From an uncultured Chloroflexia bacterium (GTDB lineage: Bacteria; Chloroflexota; Limnocylindria; Limnocylindrales; CSP1-4): a stretch of 64,000 nucleotides of DNA. The stretch is from the NCBI GenBank assembly GCA_963713975.1, contig OY970218.1, positions 2,624,001-2,688,000 on the forward strand, given 5' to 3'. The notes under the pieces are model-generated. The model saw only the letters and a program-made list of their open reading frames with translations. It was not told the DNA's origin and did not search any database. Below, piece after piece: positions 17,708-25,876 of this stretch; the stretch's first letter is position 1, and each line of letters begins with the position of its first letter. The translations under genes and the position numbers were made by a program.

Positions 17708-19812
17708 CACGCGCCCCTGCCCGTGGCCCGGCTTCCACGCAGGCGCATCATGATCCCGCGACGGAGCCGGGCCAGCGTGTCGCGCTCGTAGACGAGCCAC
17801 TCGACGGTGAGGACGAGCAGGGCAATCAGCACGACCGGGATCCACAGCTCGTCCCGCGCGCTGGGCCGCACCGTCCCGGCACCGTCGGCCGCGCCCGTGC
17901 CGCCGTCGGGGCTCGCCGCCGGCCCGCCCATGGCCTGGAGCCGTGCGGCGTCGCCCGGTGCGATCCGGGACTCGTCGACGTCGAGCAGGGCGACAGCGAA
18001 GCGGACGGGGGCGTCCGGGTCTGCGGGACGGAAGGTGGGTGACGCCCCCGGCGAGGCGCCTGCGCCGGTCGAGGCCGAGGCGGATGGCGCCGGGGATGAC
18101 GAGCCTGCCGACGGTGACGTGCTCGCGTCGGGGTCGGCGATCGGCGTCACCGTGTACACGCCCAGCAGGTCGGTGCGCGCGAAGGTCACGGCGCCCGCGC
18201 CATCGACCGGCGCCAGGAGCTCGTCGATGGTGCCATCCGGGCGCTCCACACGCACGCCCGCCGCCCCGGCCGGGATGTCGAGCGTGACGGGGGCGCCGGG
18301 CGCGATGGCATCGACGGGCGTCTCGGAACCTCCGAGCAGCTCGCCCGCCAGGTTGGCGAGCAGGACCGGGAAGGCCACCTGGAGCGGCAGGTCGGAGCGA
18401 CGCGGCTCGAAGGCCATGACCGCGGCCGGCTGTCCCGCGAGCGTGCCCGCAAACAGCAGCGGCGACGTGCCGGGGCCCGGGATGACCGGGCGCGCCCAGG
18501 ATGGCAGCTCCAGCTTCCGGGCCTCGCCGACGTGGACCGTCGACAGGTCCACGTAGCGCAGGATGGGGTCGGAGGCATCGATCGCACCGATCCCCGGGTT
18601 CGTCAGGGTTCCGGTGACGGTGGCCAGCGGCGACGAGGCCGGAGGCGCGATCGCGAGGATCGGCTTGGCCGGCAGGTCCGCGGGCAGGTAGCCCTCGAAG
18701 ATGATCAGGTCGAACAGCTCGGGCCTGGTCCCGGGGCCGTACTCGGCGGGCGTCACGCCATACAGCTCAGTGTCCGGGAGGTAGGTCAGCGCGGTCTCCA
18801 GGTACGGGTCGCCATCGCCGACCAGGAGGATCGTCCGCAGGCGTGCCGGCGGCACGATGGCCCATGCCCGGTCGTCCACGGCCAGGGGATCGGCGACCGC
18901 GCTCGTCGTCTCGTCCCTGGCCACCAGGCGGACCTCGACCACCGACGCCGGGTGGTCGGGATCGTCGATGTCGTCGATGGAGATGTCGGTCTTGCGCTGG
19001 GGGTCCAGGGTCAGGACCCGCGAGTCGCGCAGCACCCCGTCCGCGTAGAGCTGGACCCTCCGCTCCGCCATGCCCAGGCCCAGGTTCGCGATGGAGATGA
19101 ACGCGGAGTGGGACAGGCCGCTGGGTGCCGTCCGCACCGCCAGCGCGACGATCGCCTCGTTCTTCGCCTCCCGGCCGACCTGGAGGACGCGGACGGGCGC
19201 CTGGAGGGTGCCGGTCGGTGGCGTCGCGAGGGCCGCGTCCGTCGCCACGAGGATCTCGGCGTCCCCCGAACGGGCAGCCAGCGCGGATGCGAGGCGCAGC
19301 GCATCGCCCAGGTCACCGACGTCGGAGGTCGGGGTGATGGCCTCGATGGCCTGCTTGACGTTGCTCATGTCGTCGGTGCCGTTGGCTACCACCCGGGCCG
19401 TCCGGCCCGCCGCGATCACGCTGACCTTGCCGCTCGCCGGGAGATCCTTGAGAGCGTCGATCGCGGCGGCCTTCGCGGCGTCGAGGCGGGTCGGGCTCGC
19501 GTCGGTCGCCTGCATTGACGCGGACGTGTCGATCACCAGCACCAGATCCCCGGCGAGACCCGCGGGCCGTTCCACGAATGGGCGCGCGGCGAGCAGGACC
19601 AGGATCACGACCAGCAGCAGCTGGAGGAGCAGCAGAAGGCTCCGGCGCAGTCGCTGCCACGGAGCGTTGGCCTCCACGTCCGCCACCAGCCGCTGCCACA
19701 GGAGCGTCGACGGCACAATTGCCTCGTCCCGCCGCAGCTTGAGCAGGTACATCGCCACCACGACCGGCAGGAACGCCAGGCCGGCGAGCGCGAGCGGTGC
19801 GAGGAGCCCCAC
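17707..19812 (-). CDS. BatA-type N-terminal double-TM + VWA domain protein
   Basis: LPVVVAMYLLKLRR...PSTLLW...LLLLQLL..LAARP; DTSASM MIDAS; C-terminal TM ending EW. Confidence 0.9.
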   Translation of the reverse strand: MGLLAPLALAGLAFLPVVVAMYLLKLRRDEAIVPSTLLWQRLVADVEANAPWQRLRRSLLLLLQLLLVVILVLLAARPFVERPAGLAGDLVLVIDTSASMQATDASPTRLDAAKAAAIDALKDLPASGKVSVIAAGRTARVVANGTDDMSNVKQAIEAITPTSDVGDLGDALRLASALAARSGDAEILVATDAALATPPTGTLQAPVRVLQVGREAKNEAIVALAVRTAPSGLSHSAFISIANLGLGMAERRVQLYADGVLRDSRVLTLDPQRKTDISIDDIDDPDHPASVVEVRLVARDETTSAVADPLAVDDRAWAIVPPARLRTILLVGDGDPYLETALTYLPDTELYGVTPAEYGPGTRPELFDLIIFEGYLPADLPAKPILAIAPPASSPLATVTGTLTNPGIGAIDASDPILRYVDLSTVHVGEARKLELPSWARPVIPGPGTSPLLFAGTLAGQPAAVMAFEPRRSDLPLQVAFPVLLANLAGELLGGSETPVDAIAPGAPVTLDIPAGAAGVRVERPDGTIDELLAPVDGAGAVTFARTDLLGVYTVTPIADPDASTSPSAGSSSPAPSASASTGAGASPGASPTFRPADPDAPVRFAVALLDVDESRIAPGDAARLQAMGGPAASPDGGTGAADGAGTVRPSARDELWIPVVLIALLVLTVEWLVYERDTLARLRRGIMMRLRGSRATGRGA

Positions 19813-19813
19813 G

Positions 19814-20833
19814 TCAGCCGACCACGCGCCGTCGCCGCAGCTCCGCGAACACGAGATCCGCGAGCGGGGTGTCCGTGGCGATCGGCACGTACGATGCCCG
19901 CCGCTTGCGGGCCAGGTCCGAGAGGCCCTCCTGCCAGGCCACGAGACGCGCCTTGTAGTCGTCGAGCGCGGCCAGGTCCACGGTCACGTCGAGGCGCTCG
20001 CCGTTCTCGCTGTCCACCAGCCTGAGGTCTCCCTCGAGCGGCGGGTCCAGCTCCTCGGGCGAGAGCGTGTGGAGGACGATGAGCTCGGAGCCCGTCGCCG
20101 CGAGCTCGCGGATCACGCGATCCGCCGATGGGTCCAGCAGGTCCGACAGGAGGACCACCACGCCACGGCCGGTCAGCATCGCCGCGGCGTGCCGGGCCGC
20201 GAGCAGCAGGTCGGTCGGGCCGTCGGCCGGCCGGATGCCCGACAGGTTGCCGAGCAGGCGGAAGACCCTCCCGGATCCGCGCAGGCCGCTGTGGCGTCGC
20301 GCCGTGCGGCCCGAGAGCGCGGTCGTCACCACGCGGTCCTCGCCGGCGAGGGCGACGTAGCCCAGGGCGGCCGCGGCCCGCTTGGCAAAGAGCAGCTTCT
20401 CGGGCCGCCCGAACGCCATGGACGGGCTGGCATCGAGCAGGAACGTGATCGTCACGTCCTCCTCCTCGACGAACAGCTTGACGAACAGTTTCTCGAGCCG
20501 GGCGTAGACGTTCCAGTCCAACTGGCGGAGGTCGTCGCCCAGCGAGTAGTCGCGGTAGTCCGCGAACTCGACGGACTGGCCGCGCTTCACGCTCCGCCGT
20601 CCGCCCTTGAGCCCGCCGCGGACCGGTTGCTTCATGAGCACGCCGAGCCGCTCGAGCTGCCGCAGGAAGCCCTCGTCGAAGACCGTCGGGTCGAGGTCGT
20701 TGGCCAGGAACGCCCGGACCCCATCTGGCTTCCCAGGGGCGCGTGCCGCTGCCGGGGCACGCGCCGACTCGGGCGCGGCCTCGGACACGTGCTCCGGGCC
20801 CGTGTCCTCGGGCGGAGTGGGGGACAGGGTCAT
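19814..20833 (-). CDS. DUF58 domain protein
   Basis: GQSVEFADYRDYSLGDDLRQLDWNVYAR...VKLFVEE; DASPSM. Confidence 0.93.
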   Translation of the reverse strand: MTLSPTPPEDTGPEHVSEAAPESARAPAAARAPGKPDGVRAFLANDLDPTVFDEGFLRQLERLGVLMKQPVRGGLKGGRRSVKRGQSVEFADYRDYSLGDDLRQLDWNVYARLEKLFVKLFVEEEDVTITFLLDASPSMAFGRPEKLLFAKRAAAALGYVALAGEDRVVTTALSGRTARRHSGLRGSGRVFRLLGNLSGIRPADGPTDLLLAARHAAAMLTGRGVVVLLSDLLDPSADRVIRELAATGSELIVLHTLSPEELDPPLEGDLRLVDSENGERLDVTVDLAALDDYKARLVAWQEGLSDLARKRRASYVPIATDTPLADLVFAELRRRRVVG

Positions 20834-20846
20834 GATCGCGAGCCGC

Positions 20847-21878
20847 CTACTCCACGGAGGGCGGCACGACCTCGTCCAGGATCGACCGGATGACGGCCTC
20901 GGACGTGATGCCCTCGGCCTCGCCCTCGAAGTTGAGGATCACCCGGTGGCGGAGCGCGGGCATAGCGGCGGCACGAACGTCGTCCAGGGACACGTTGTAG
21001 CGGCCGTCCATGAGGGCCAGGATCTTGCCCGCGGTCACGAGCGCCTGCGCCCCGCGCGGCGAGCCGCCGTAGCGCACGTACTGGCGCACCAGTGACGGCG
21101 CCCGCTGGCTGTCCGGGTGGGTGGCGGCCAGGATCGACACTGCGAAGGCCGTGATGTGGGGCGCGATGGGCACCGCGCGGGCCAAGCGCTGCATCTCCAC
21201 GATCTCGGCCGCCGTGGCGGCGGGGCTGGCCTGCGGCGCGTCCGCGCCCGTCGTCCGGTCGATGATCGCGATCAGGTCCTCCTCGGACGGGAACGGGACC
21301 ATGACCTTGAGCAAGAACCTGTCCAGCTGGGCCTCGGGAAGGGGATACGTGCCCTCCATCTCGAGCGGGTTCTGGGTGGCGAGGACGAAGAACGGCGGAT
21401 CGAGTGGATAGCGGTTGCGCGCCACCGTGACCTGGTGCTCCTGCATCGCCTCCAGCAGGGACGACTGGGTCTTGGGCGTCGCCCGGTTGATCTCGTCGGC
21501 GAGGACGAGGTTGGCGAAGATCGGGCCCGGCTGGAAGCGAAAGACGCGGCTGCCGCCCTCCTCGATCAGGATGTTGGTGCCGGTGATATCGGCCGGCATC
21601 AGGTCGGGCGTGAACTGGACCCGGCTGAACGAGCAGTCGATCACGTCCGCGATCGTCCGGACGAGCATGGTCTTGCCTAGACCGGGCACACCCTCCAGGA
21701 GGACGTGGCTGTTCGCGAGCAGGCCGACGAGCGTGTGGCGGACCAGCTCGCGCTGGCCGACGATCACCTTGCCGATCTCGCTCTCGATGGCCCGGGCCCG
21801 TTCGGCGAAGGCCTCCGGGGCGATGCGGTGCGGCTCGGCCGTCGCGGGGGCCCCGGTCGGGGCGGTGGGAGCGTCCAT
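20847..21878 (-). CDS. MoxR family AAA+ ATPase
   Basis: GVPGLGKT, RVQFTPDLMPADI, LADEINRATPKTQS, ATQNPLEMEGTYPLPEAQLDRF. Confidence 0.95.
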   Translation of the reverse strand: MDAPTAPTGAPATAEPHRIAPEAFAERARAIESEIGKVIVGQRELVRHTLVGLLANSHVLLEGVPGLGKTMLVRTIADVIDCSFSRVQFTPDLMPADITGTNILIEEGGSRVFRFQPGPIFANLVLADEINRATPKTQSSLLEAMQEHQVTVARNRYPLDPPFFVLATQNPLEMEGTYPLPEAQLDRFLLKVMVPFPSEEDLIAIIDRTTGADAPQASPAATAAEIVEMQRLARAVPIAPHITAFAVSILAATHPDSQRAPSLVRQYVRYGGSPRGAQALVTAGKILALMDGRYNVSLDDVRAAAMPALRHRVILNFEGEAEGITSEAVIRSILDEVVPPSVE

Positions 21879-21918
21879 GGGTCCTCCGGGGGTCTGGTGG
21901 CCGCGTCGGCCGGTCGCG

Positions 21919-23865
21919 CTAGTTACCGGGATCGAGCGAGCTGAAGTAGTCGCGAACGTAGTCCTTGACCGAGATCGGGACGTACGAGCGGTCGAGCGTG
22001 GTCAGCGCGTAGTCGTGGAAGTCGCCGTACACGGAGTCGTAGGGGACGTACGCGCCGTTGTTGCTGCCCTGGCCCTGCTGGCTGCCCTGCTGCGTCTGGC
22101 CGTCGCCGCCGGTGCCCGCGACATAGGACGGGTCGCCCGGCTTGCCCAGGCGGTCGAAGGGGGCGAACACCGAGGACTGGTCGGCGCCGAGCTGGCTGGG
22201 ACGGTTGGGGTTGATCGGCCCGCCCGGCCTGCCGTTTGACATCCCGGTGCCGAGGTGGGCGGCGTTCGAGCCGCCGCCCCCGAGCGAGCCACCACCCTGA
22301 CCCTGCCCCTGGCCCTGACCCTGCCCCTGGCCCTGGCCCTGCCCCTGCCCCTGCCCCTGCCCCTGCCCCTGCCCCTGCCCCTGCCCCTGCCCCTGCCCCT
22401 GCCCTTGCCCACCACTGGACGATGCGCCCGGGGACTGGCTCGCGCCGCCACCCTGGGCGGAACCCGGCGAGGCACTCGGGTTGGGGCTGCCCTGCTGTCC
22501 CGTGCCCTGCTGTCCCGTGCCCGGCTGTCCCGTGCCCTGCTGACCCGTGCCCTGCTGGCTTCCCGCGTTGGCCAGCTCGCGTCGTGCATCCTGCAGACCC
22601 GAAGCGGCCGTCGCCAGGTCGCGGTTCACCTGCACGCGGTCTGCGGCAGAGGTGAGCGCCTCACCCAGGCGGTCCATCGCGGCCCGGGCACCGGCGCTGT
22701 CCTCCTGCGAGAGGCTGGCAACGGCATCGCGGAGCGCCTGACCGGCCGCGCCGTCTGCCTGGCTCGCCTGACCCTGGAGCTCGGCCAGGCGTCGGGCGAG
22801 AGCGTCGCGTTCGGCCGGCGTCATCGCGTCCGTCTTGTCGCCCGCGTCCTCGAGGTCGCGCCTGGTCTCGTCCGGGTCACCGCCGGGATTCGCCTTCGGG
22901 TCGGCCGTGGCCGTCCGGGACAGCGCCCGGGAGAGGGCGGCGATCGATGCGGCGCGCTGTTCTGCCGCGGGGTCCAGCTGGGCACGGACGTCGTCCTCCA
23001 CCGAGCCCAGCTGGGCGAGGTTGCGCTCGAGATCGCCGGGGTTGGCGCGCAGCCGTTCGGCCAGCTGCCTCAGCTCCTCGGACAACCGCGTCCGCGGATC
23101 GTTCGCGCTGGCGCCCTTGCCGTCGAGCCGTCTCGCGATCTCGTCGATCCGCTCGGCCTGGCGCTCGGCCTCCTGGCGCAGCTCGCGGTTCTGCTGGATC
23201 ACGAGATCCATCGGGTTGGGGACCAGGACGGCCGGGACGATGAGCATGAGAGCGAACAGGGCCGTCATCGCCGGCCGGCGCGCGATCCTCGGCCGGAACA
23301 GCGACGGGTCCACTGCGCCCAGGCGGGCCAGCGCATCGCGGCGCTGGCGGCGGACGAAGCGTGCCTCCGCCGCGGCCAGGTCAAACGCTCCATCGACGGC
23401 GATCGTCTCGTCCTCGCTCGACGGGGCAGGGCCCGCGGTCCCGGGGCTGGCATCCGCGAAGGCCAGGGCGGAGGCGACGGCGTCGCCATCACCGCTCTCG
23501 GCGTCCAGCGCGAGGGCCGTCTCGCCGAGCGTCGGCCGCACCCGGGCCACCGCGACCAGCAGGGCCACCAGCCCAAGGACCGGGAGCGCGACCGCGACGA
23601 GCGGGGCCTGTTCCAGCGGGAGGATGCGCTGGGCGATGACGAGGCAAAGCTCCGCGACCGCCACCACGGCGGCCACGTACCAGGCCCTCCGGACCGAGCG
23701 GCGAAGCCACAGGCGACGTCGATGGGGCGCCAACCCGTACCTGATCCCGCTCAGCGCCGGGTCCAGCGCGACGCCGAGCGTCGCCGGGTCGGCAGGGACG
23801 AAGGCCGGCGCTGCGGCGGATCGGCGTCGGTGCAGCGCCCACCGAGGCGGCAGGATCCGCGGCAT
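21919..23865 (-). CDS. membrane-anchored coiled-coil protein with Gly/Gln linker
   Basis: Three N-terminal TM segments, helical Ala/Arg/Glu region, (GQ)n linker, C-terminal VP...VRDYFSSL motif. Confidence 0.85.
   Translation of the reverse strand: MPRILPPRWALHRRRSAAAPAFVPADPATLGVALDPALSGIRYGLAPHRRRLWLRRSVRRAWYVAAVVAVAELCLVIAQRILPLEQAPLVAVALPVLGLVALLVAVARVRPTLGETALALDAESGDGDAVASALAFADASPGTAGPAPSSEDETIAVDGAFDLAAAEARFVRRQRRDALARLGAVDPSLFRPRIARRPAMTALFALMLIVPAVLVPNPMDLVIQQNRELRQEAERQAERIDEIARRLDGKGASANDPRTRLSEELRQLAERLRANPGDLERNLAQLGSVEDDVRAQLDPAAEQRAASIAALSRALSRTATADPKANPGGDPDETRRDLEDAGDKTDAMTPAERDALARRLAELQGQASQADGAAGQALRDAVASLSQEDSAGARAAMDRLGEALTSAADRVQVNRDLATAASGLQDARRELANAGSQQGTGQQGTGQPGTGQQGTGQQGSPNPSASPGSAQGGGASQSPGASSSGGQGQGQGQGQGQGQGQGQGQGQGQGQGQGQGQGQGQGQGGGSLGGGGSNAAHLGTGMSNGRPGGPINPNRPSQLGADQSSVFAPFDRLGKPGDPSYVAGTGGDGQTQQGSQQGQGSNNGAYVPYDSVYGDFHDYALTTLDRSYVPISVKDYVRDYFSSLDPGN
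22295..22410 (-). repeat. 6-bp tandem repeat encoding about 19 GQ dipeptides
   Basis: (CCCTGC)n on the + strand; a 15-bp QQGTG-type repeat lies nearby (~22490-22558). Confidence 0.95.
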
Positions 23866-24908
23866 CAGGCCTCACCCCCGGACGGCCGAGGCGGCCGGCG
23901 CCGCAGGCGTACATGCCAGCGCCGGGTCGGCGACACGAGCTGGACCGACGCCACGATCAGCACGAGCGCGGTCACGAGCATCGCGACCAGGCTGCGCGGC
24001 CAGTAGCTGTCGCGCACGCCGCCGAGGTTCGCCCCGGCGTCGGCGAAACCGGCGCCGTCGCTGTTCGTGACGCCGGCCACGACCTGGCAGGATGACCCGA
24101 AGCCGGTCTCCGTGCCGCACATCACGTCAATCTGGGCGACGAACGGGTTGAGCCACATCAGTGCCTCGGGTGGCCTGCGGGTCAGGTTCTCGATCAGTCC
24201 AGCGTCACGGTTCGCCCGGTCCGGCAGGAACCCGCTGGATCCCGTCATGGCGGTCCAGAAGATGAACACGAAGGCGGTGCCGGCCGTGAGCGCGATCACG
24301 ACGACGAGGTTGATCACGGTCGCGGCCTGCGTTCGTCGAACCAGGGCAGACACGAACAGGCCCATCGCGCCGTAGGTCAGCGCCGTGGCCAGCAGGACCA
24401 CGTATGCCCGGACCACGTCCTCCGGCGCCACCCCGCCGTACGTGAACACGAGGGCCACGATGGGGATGGAGGCGAGCAGCAGCAGCAGGATCCAGGACAG
24501 CGCCGAGAGCAGCTTGCCGAGCACGATCGCGAGCGAGGAGATCGGCGTCGTGACCAGCAGGTCGAGCGTCTGCTTCTCGCGCTCGAGGCTGATCGCGCCG
24601 GCGGTGGAGGCCGGGGCGAGGATCAGGGTCACCAGGGTGAGCAGCATGACGATCGCCAGGAACAGCAGGCGCCCGATCTCCGACGACGCCGAGAAGGCCG
24701 AGTTGAAGCCACCGGAGAAGCTCCGCTCGGTGAGCGACTCGATCATCCACGCGAAGCCCGCGACCACCAGCAGGTAGACCGTAAGGATCACGAATGCCCG
24801 CTTGCCACGCATGCGGCCACGCAGCTCCTTGACGCCCACGGCGGCCATGCCCGTGCCGATATCGCGGACCCCGGCGAACCTGGACCGCCCTCCGGCGACG
24901 CCGCTCAC
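23865..24908 (-). CDS. ABC-2-type transporter permease
   Basis: KELRGRMRGKRAF, AISLEREKQTLDLLVTTP...IVLGKL; six TM segments; GTGA overlap with the ATPase gene. Confidence 0.9.
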   Translation of the reverse strand: MSGVAGGRSRFAGVRDIGTGMAAVGVKELRGRMRGKRAFVILTVYLLVVAGFAWMIESLTERSFSGGFNSAFSASSEIGRLLFLAIVMLLTLVTLILAPASTAGAISLEREKQTLDLLVTTPISSLAIVLGKLLSALSWILLLLLASIPIVALVFTYGGVAPEDVVRAYVVLLATALTYGAMGLFVSALVRRTQAATVINLVVVIALTAGTAFVFIFWTAMTGSSGFLPDRANRDAGLIENLTRRPPEALMWLNPFVAQIDVMCGTETGFGSSCQVVAGVTNSDGAGFADAGANLGGVRDSYWPRSLVAMLVTALVLIVASVQLVSPTRRWHVRLRRRPPRPSGGEA

Positions 24909-25876
24909 GTTGCGCCCCACACCGGGGCGGGATCCGGGTCGGGTGCCGTCACCTGGAGGAAGAGCTCTTCGAGGTCGCTCGCGGCGCGGGCGAACGAGGC
25001 GATGCGCAACCCGGCGCCAACGGCGTGGGCAAGGAGCATGGCCGTGCCTTCCTCATCGCCGTGGAAGCCGATCTCGATGGTCCCGTCCGCCAGGAGCTCC
25101 GAGGTCACGACGTCCGGCCGGCCGGCGAACCAGGCCCGGGCGGCCTCCTCATCGTCCCGGTCGCCGAGGACGCGGGCCCGGAGCACGGCACCGACGCGCA
25201 GGCGCTTCTCGATCTCGGCGACCCGGCCGTGGACCAGGACCTGGCCGCGGTCGATGATGGCGACGGAGGTGCACAGCTCCTCGAGCTCGGGCAAGATGTG
25301 CGATGAGACGAGGATGGTCTTGCCCAGCTTGCGCAGTTCCCGGAGCAGCTCCCGGAGCTCCACGCGAGCCCTGGGGTCGAGTCCCGAGGCGGGCTCGTCC
25401 AGGAGCAGGACGAGCGGATCGTGGACGAGCGTGTGGGCGAGGCACAGGCGCTGCTGCATGCCCCGAGAGAGGCCCTGCACGTAGACGTCGCGCTTGGAGC
25501 CCAGGTCGACGAGCTCCAGGAGGTCGCCGATCATGCGCCGCCGGCGGTCGGCGGGGATGCCGTAGCAGCGGGCGAAGAAGTCCAGGTACTCCCAGACCTT
25601 CATGTCGTCATAGACACCGAATGAGTCCGGCATGAACCCGAGGACGCGTCGCACGTCGTTGGGGTTCCGGCGGACGGATGCACCCGCGATCTCGGCATCG
25701 CCACTGTCCGGGACGAGGAGCGTGGCCAGGATTCGCAGGGTCGTCGTCTTGCCGGCGCCGTTGGGGCCCACGAGGCCGAAGATCTCGCCCTCTCCGACGT
25801 CCAGGTCCAGGCCACCCACCGCGACCGTCCGGTCGTACCGCTTCACGAGGCCCGTCGCCCGCACGATGCTCGTCAT
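24905..25876 (-). CDS. ABC transporter ATP-binding protein
   Basis: GPNGAGKTT, LSRGM, LLLDEP, SSH. Confidence 0.95.
   Translation of the reverse strand: MTSIVRATGLVKRYDRTVAVGGLDLDVGEGEIFGLVGPNGAGKTTTLRILATLLVPDSGDAEIAGASVRRNPNDVRRVLGFMPDSFGVYDDMKVWEYLDFFARCYGIPADRRRRMIGDLLELVDLGSKRDVYVQGLSRGMQQRLCLAHTLVHDPLVLLLDEPASGLDPRARVELRELLRELRKLGKTILVSSHILPELEELCTSVAIIDRGQVLVHGRVAEIEKRLRVGAVLRARVLGDRDDEEAARAWFAGRPDVVTSELLADGTIEIGFHGDEEGTAMLLAHAVGAGLRIASFARAASDLEELFLQVTAPDPDPAPVWGAT

Noticed and set aside
14586-17738. Very long alternative-frame ORFs (e.g. 1050 aa at 14586-17738, 893 aa at 25678-28359, 721 aa at 60348-62513)
   Set aside because: Shadow ORFs of high-GC DNA; they are Arg/Gly/Pro-rich or antisense to genes with clear motifs.
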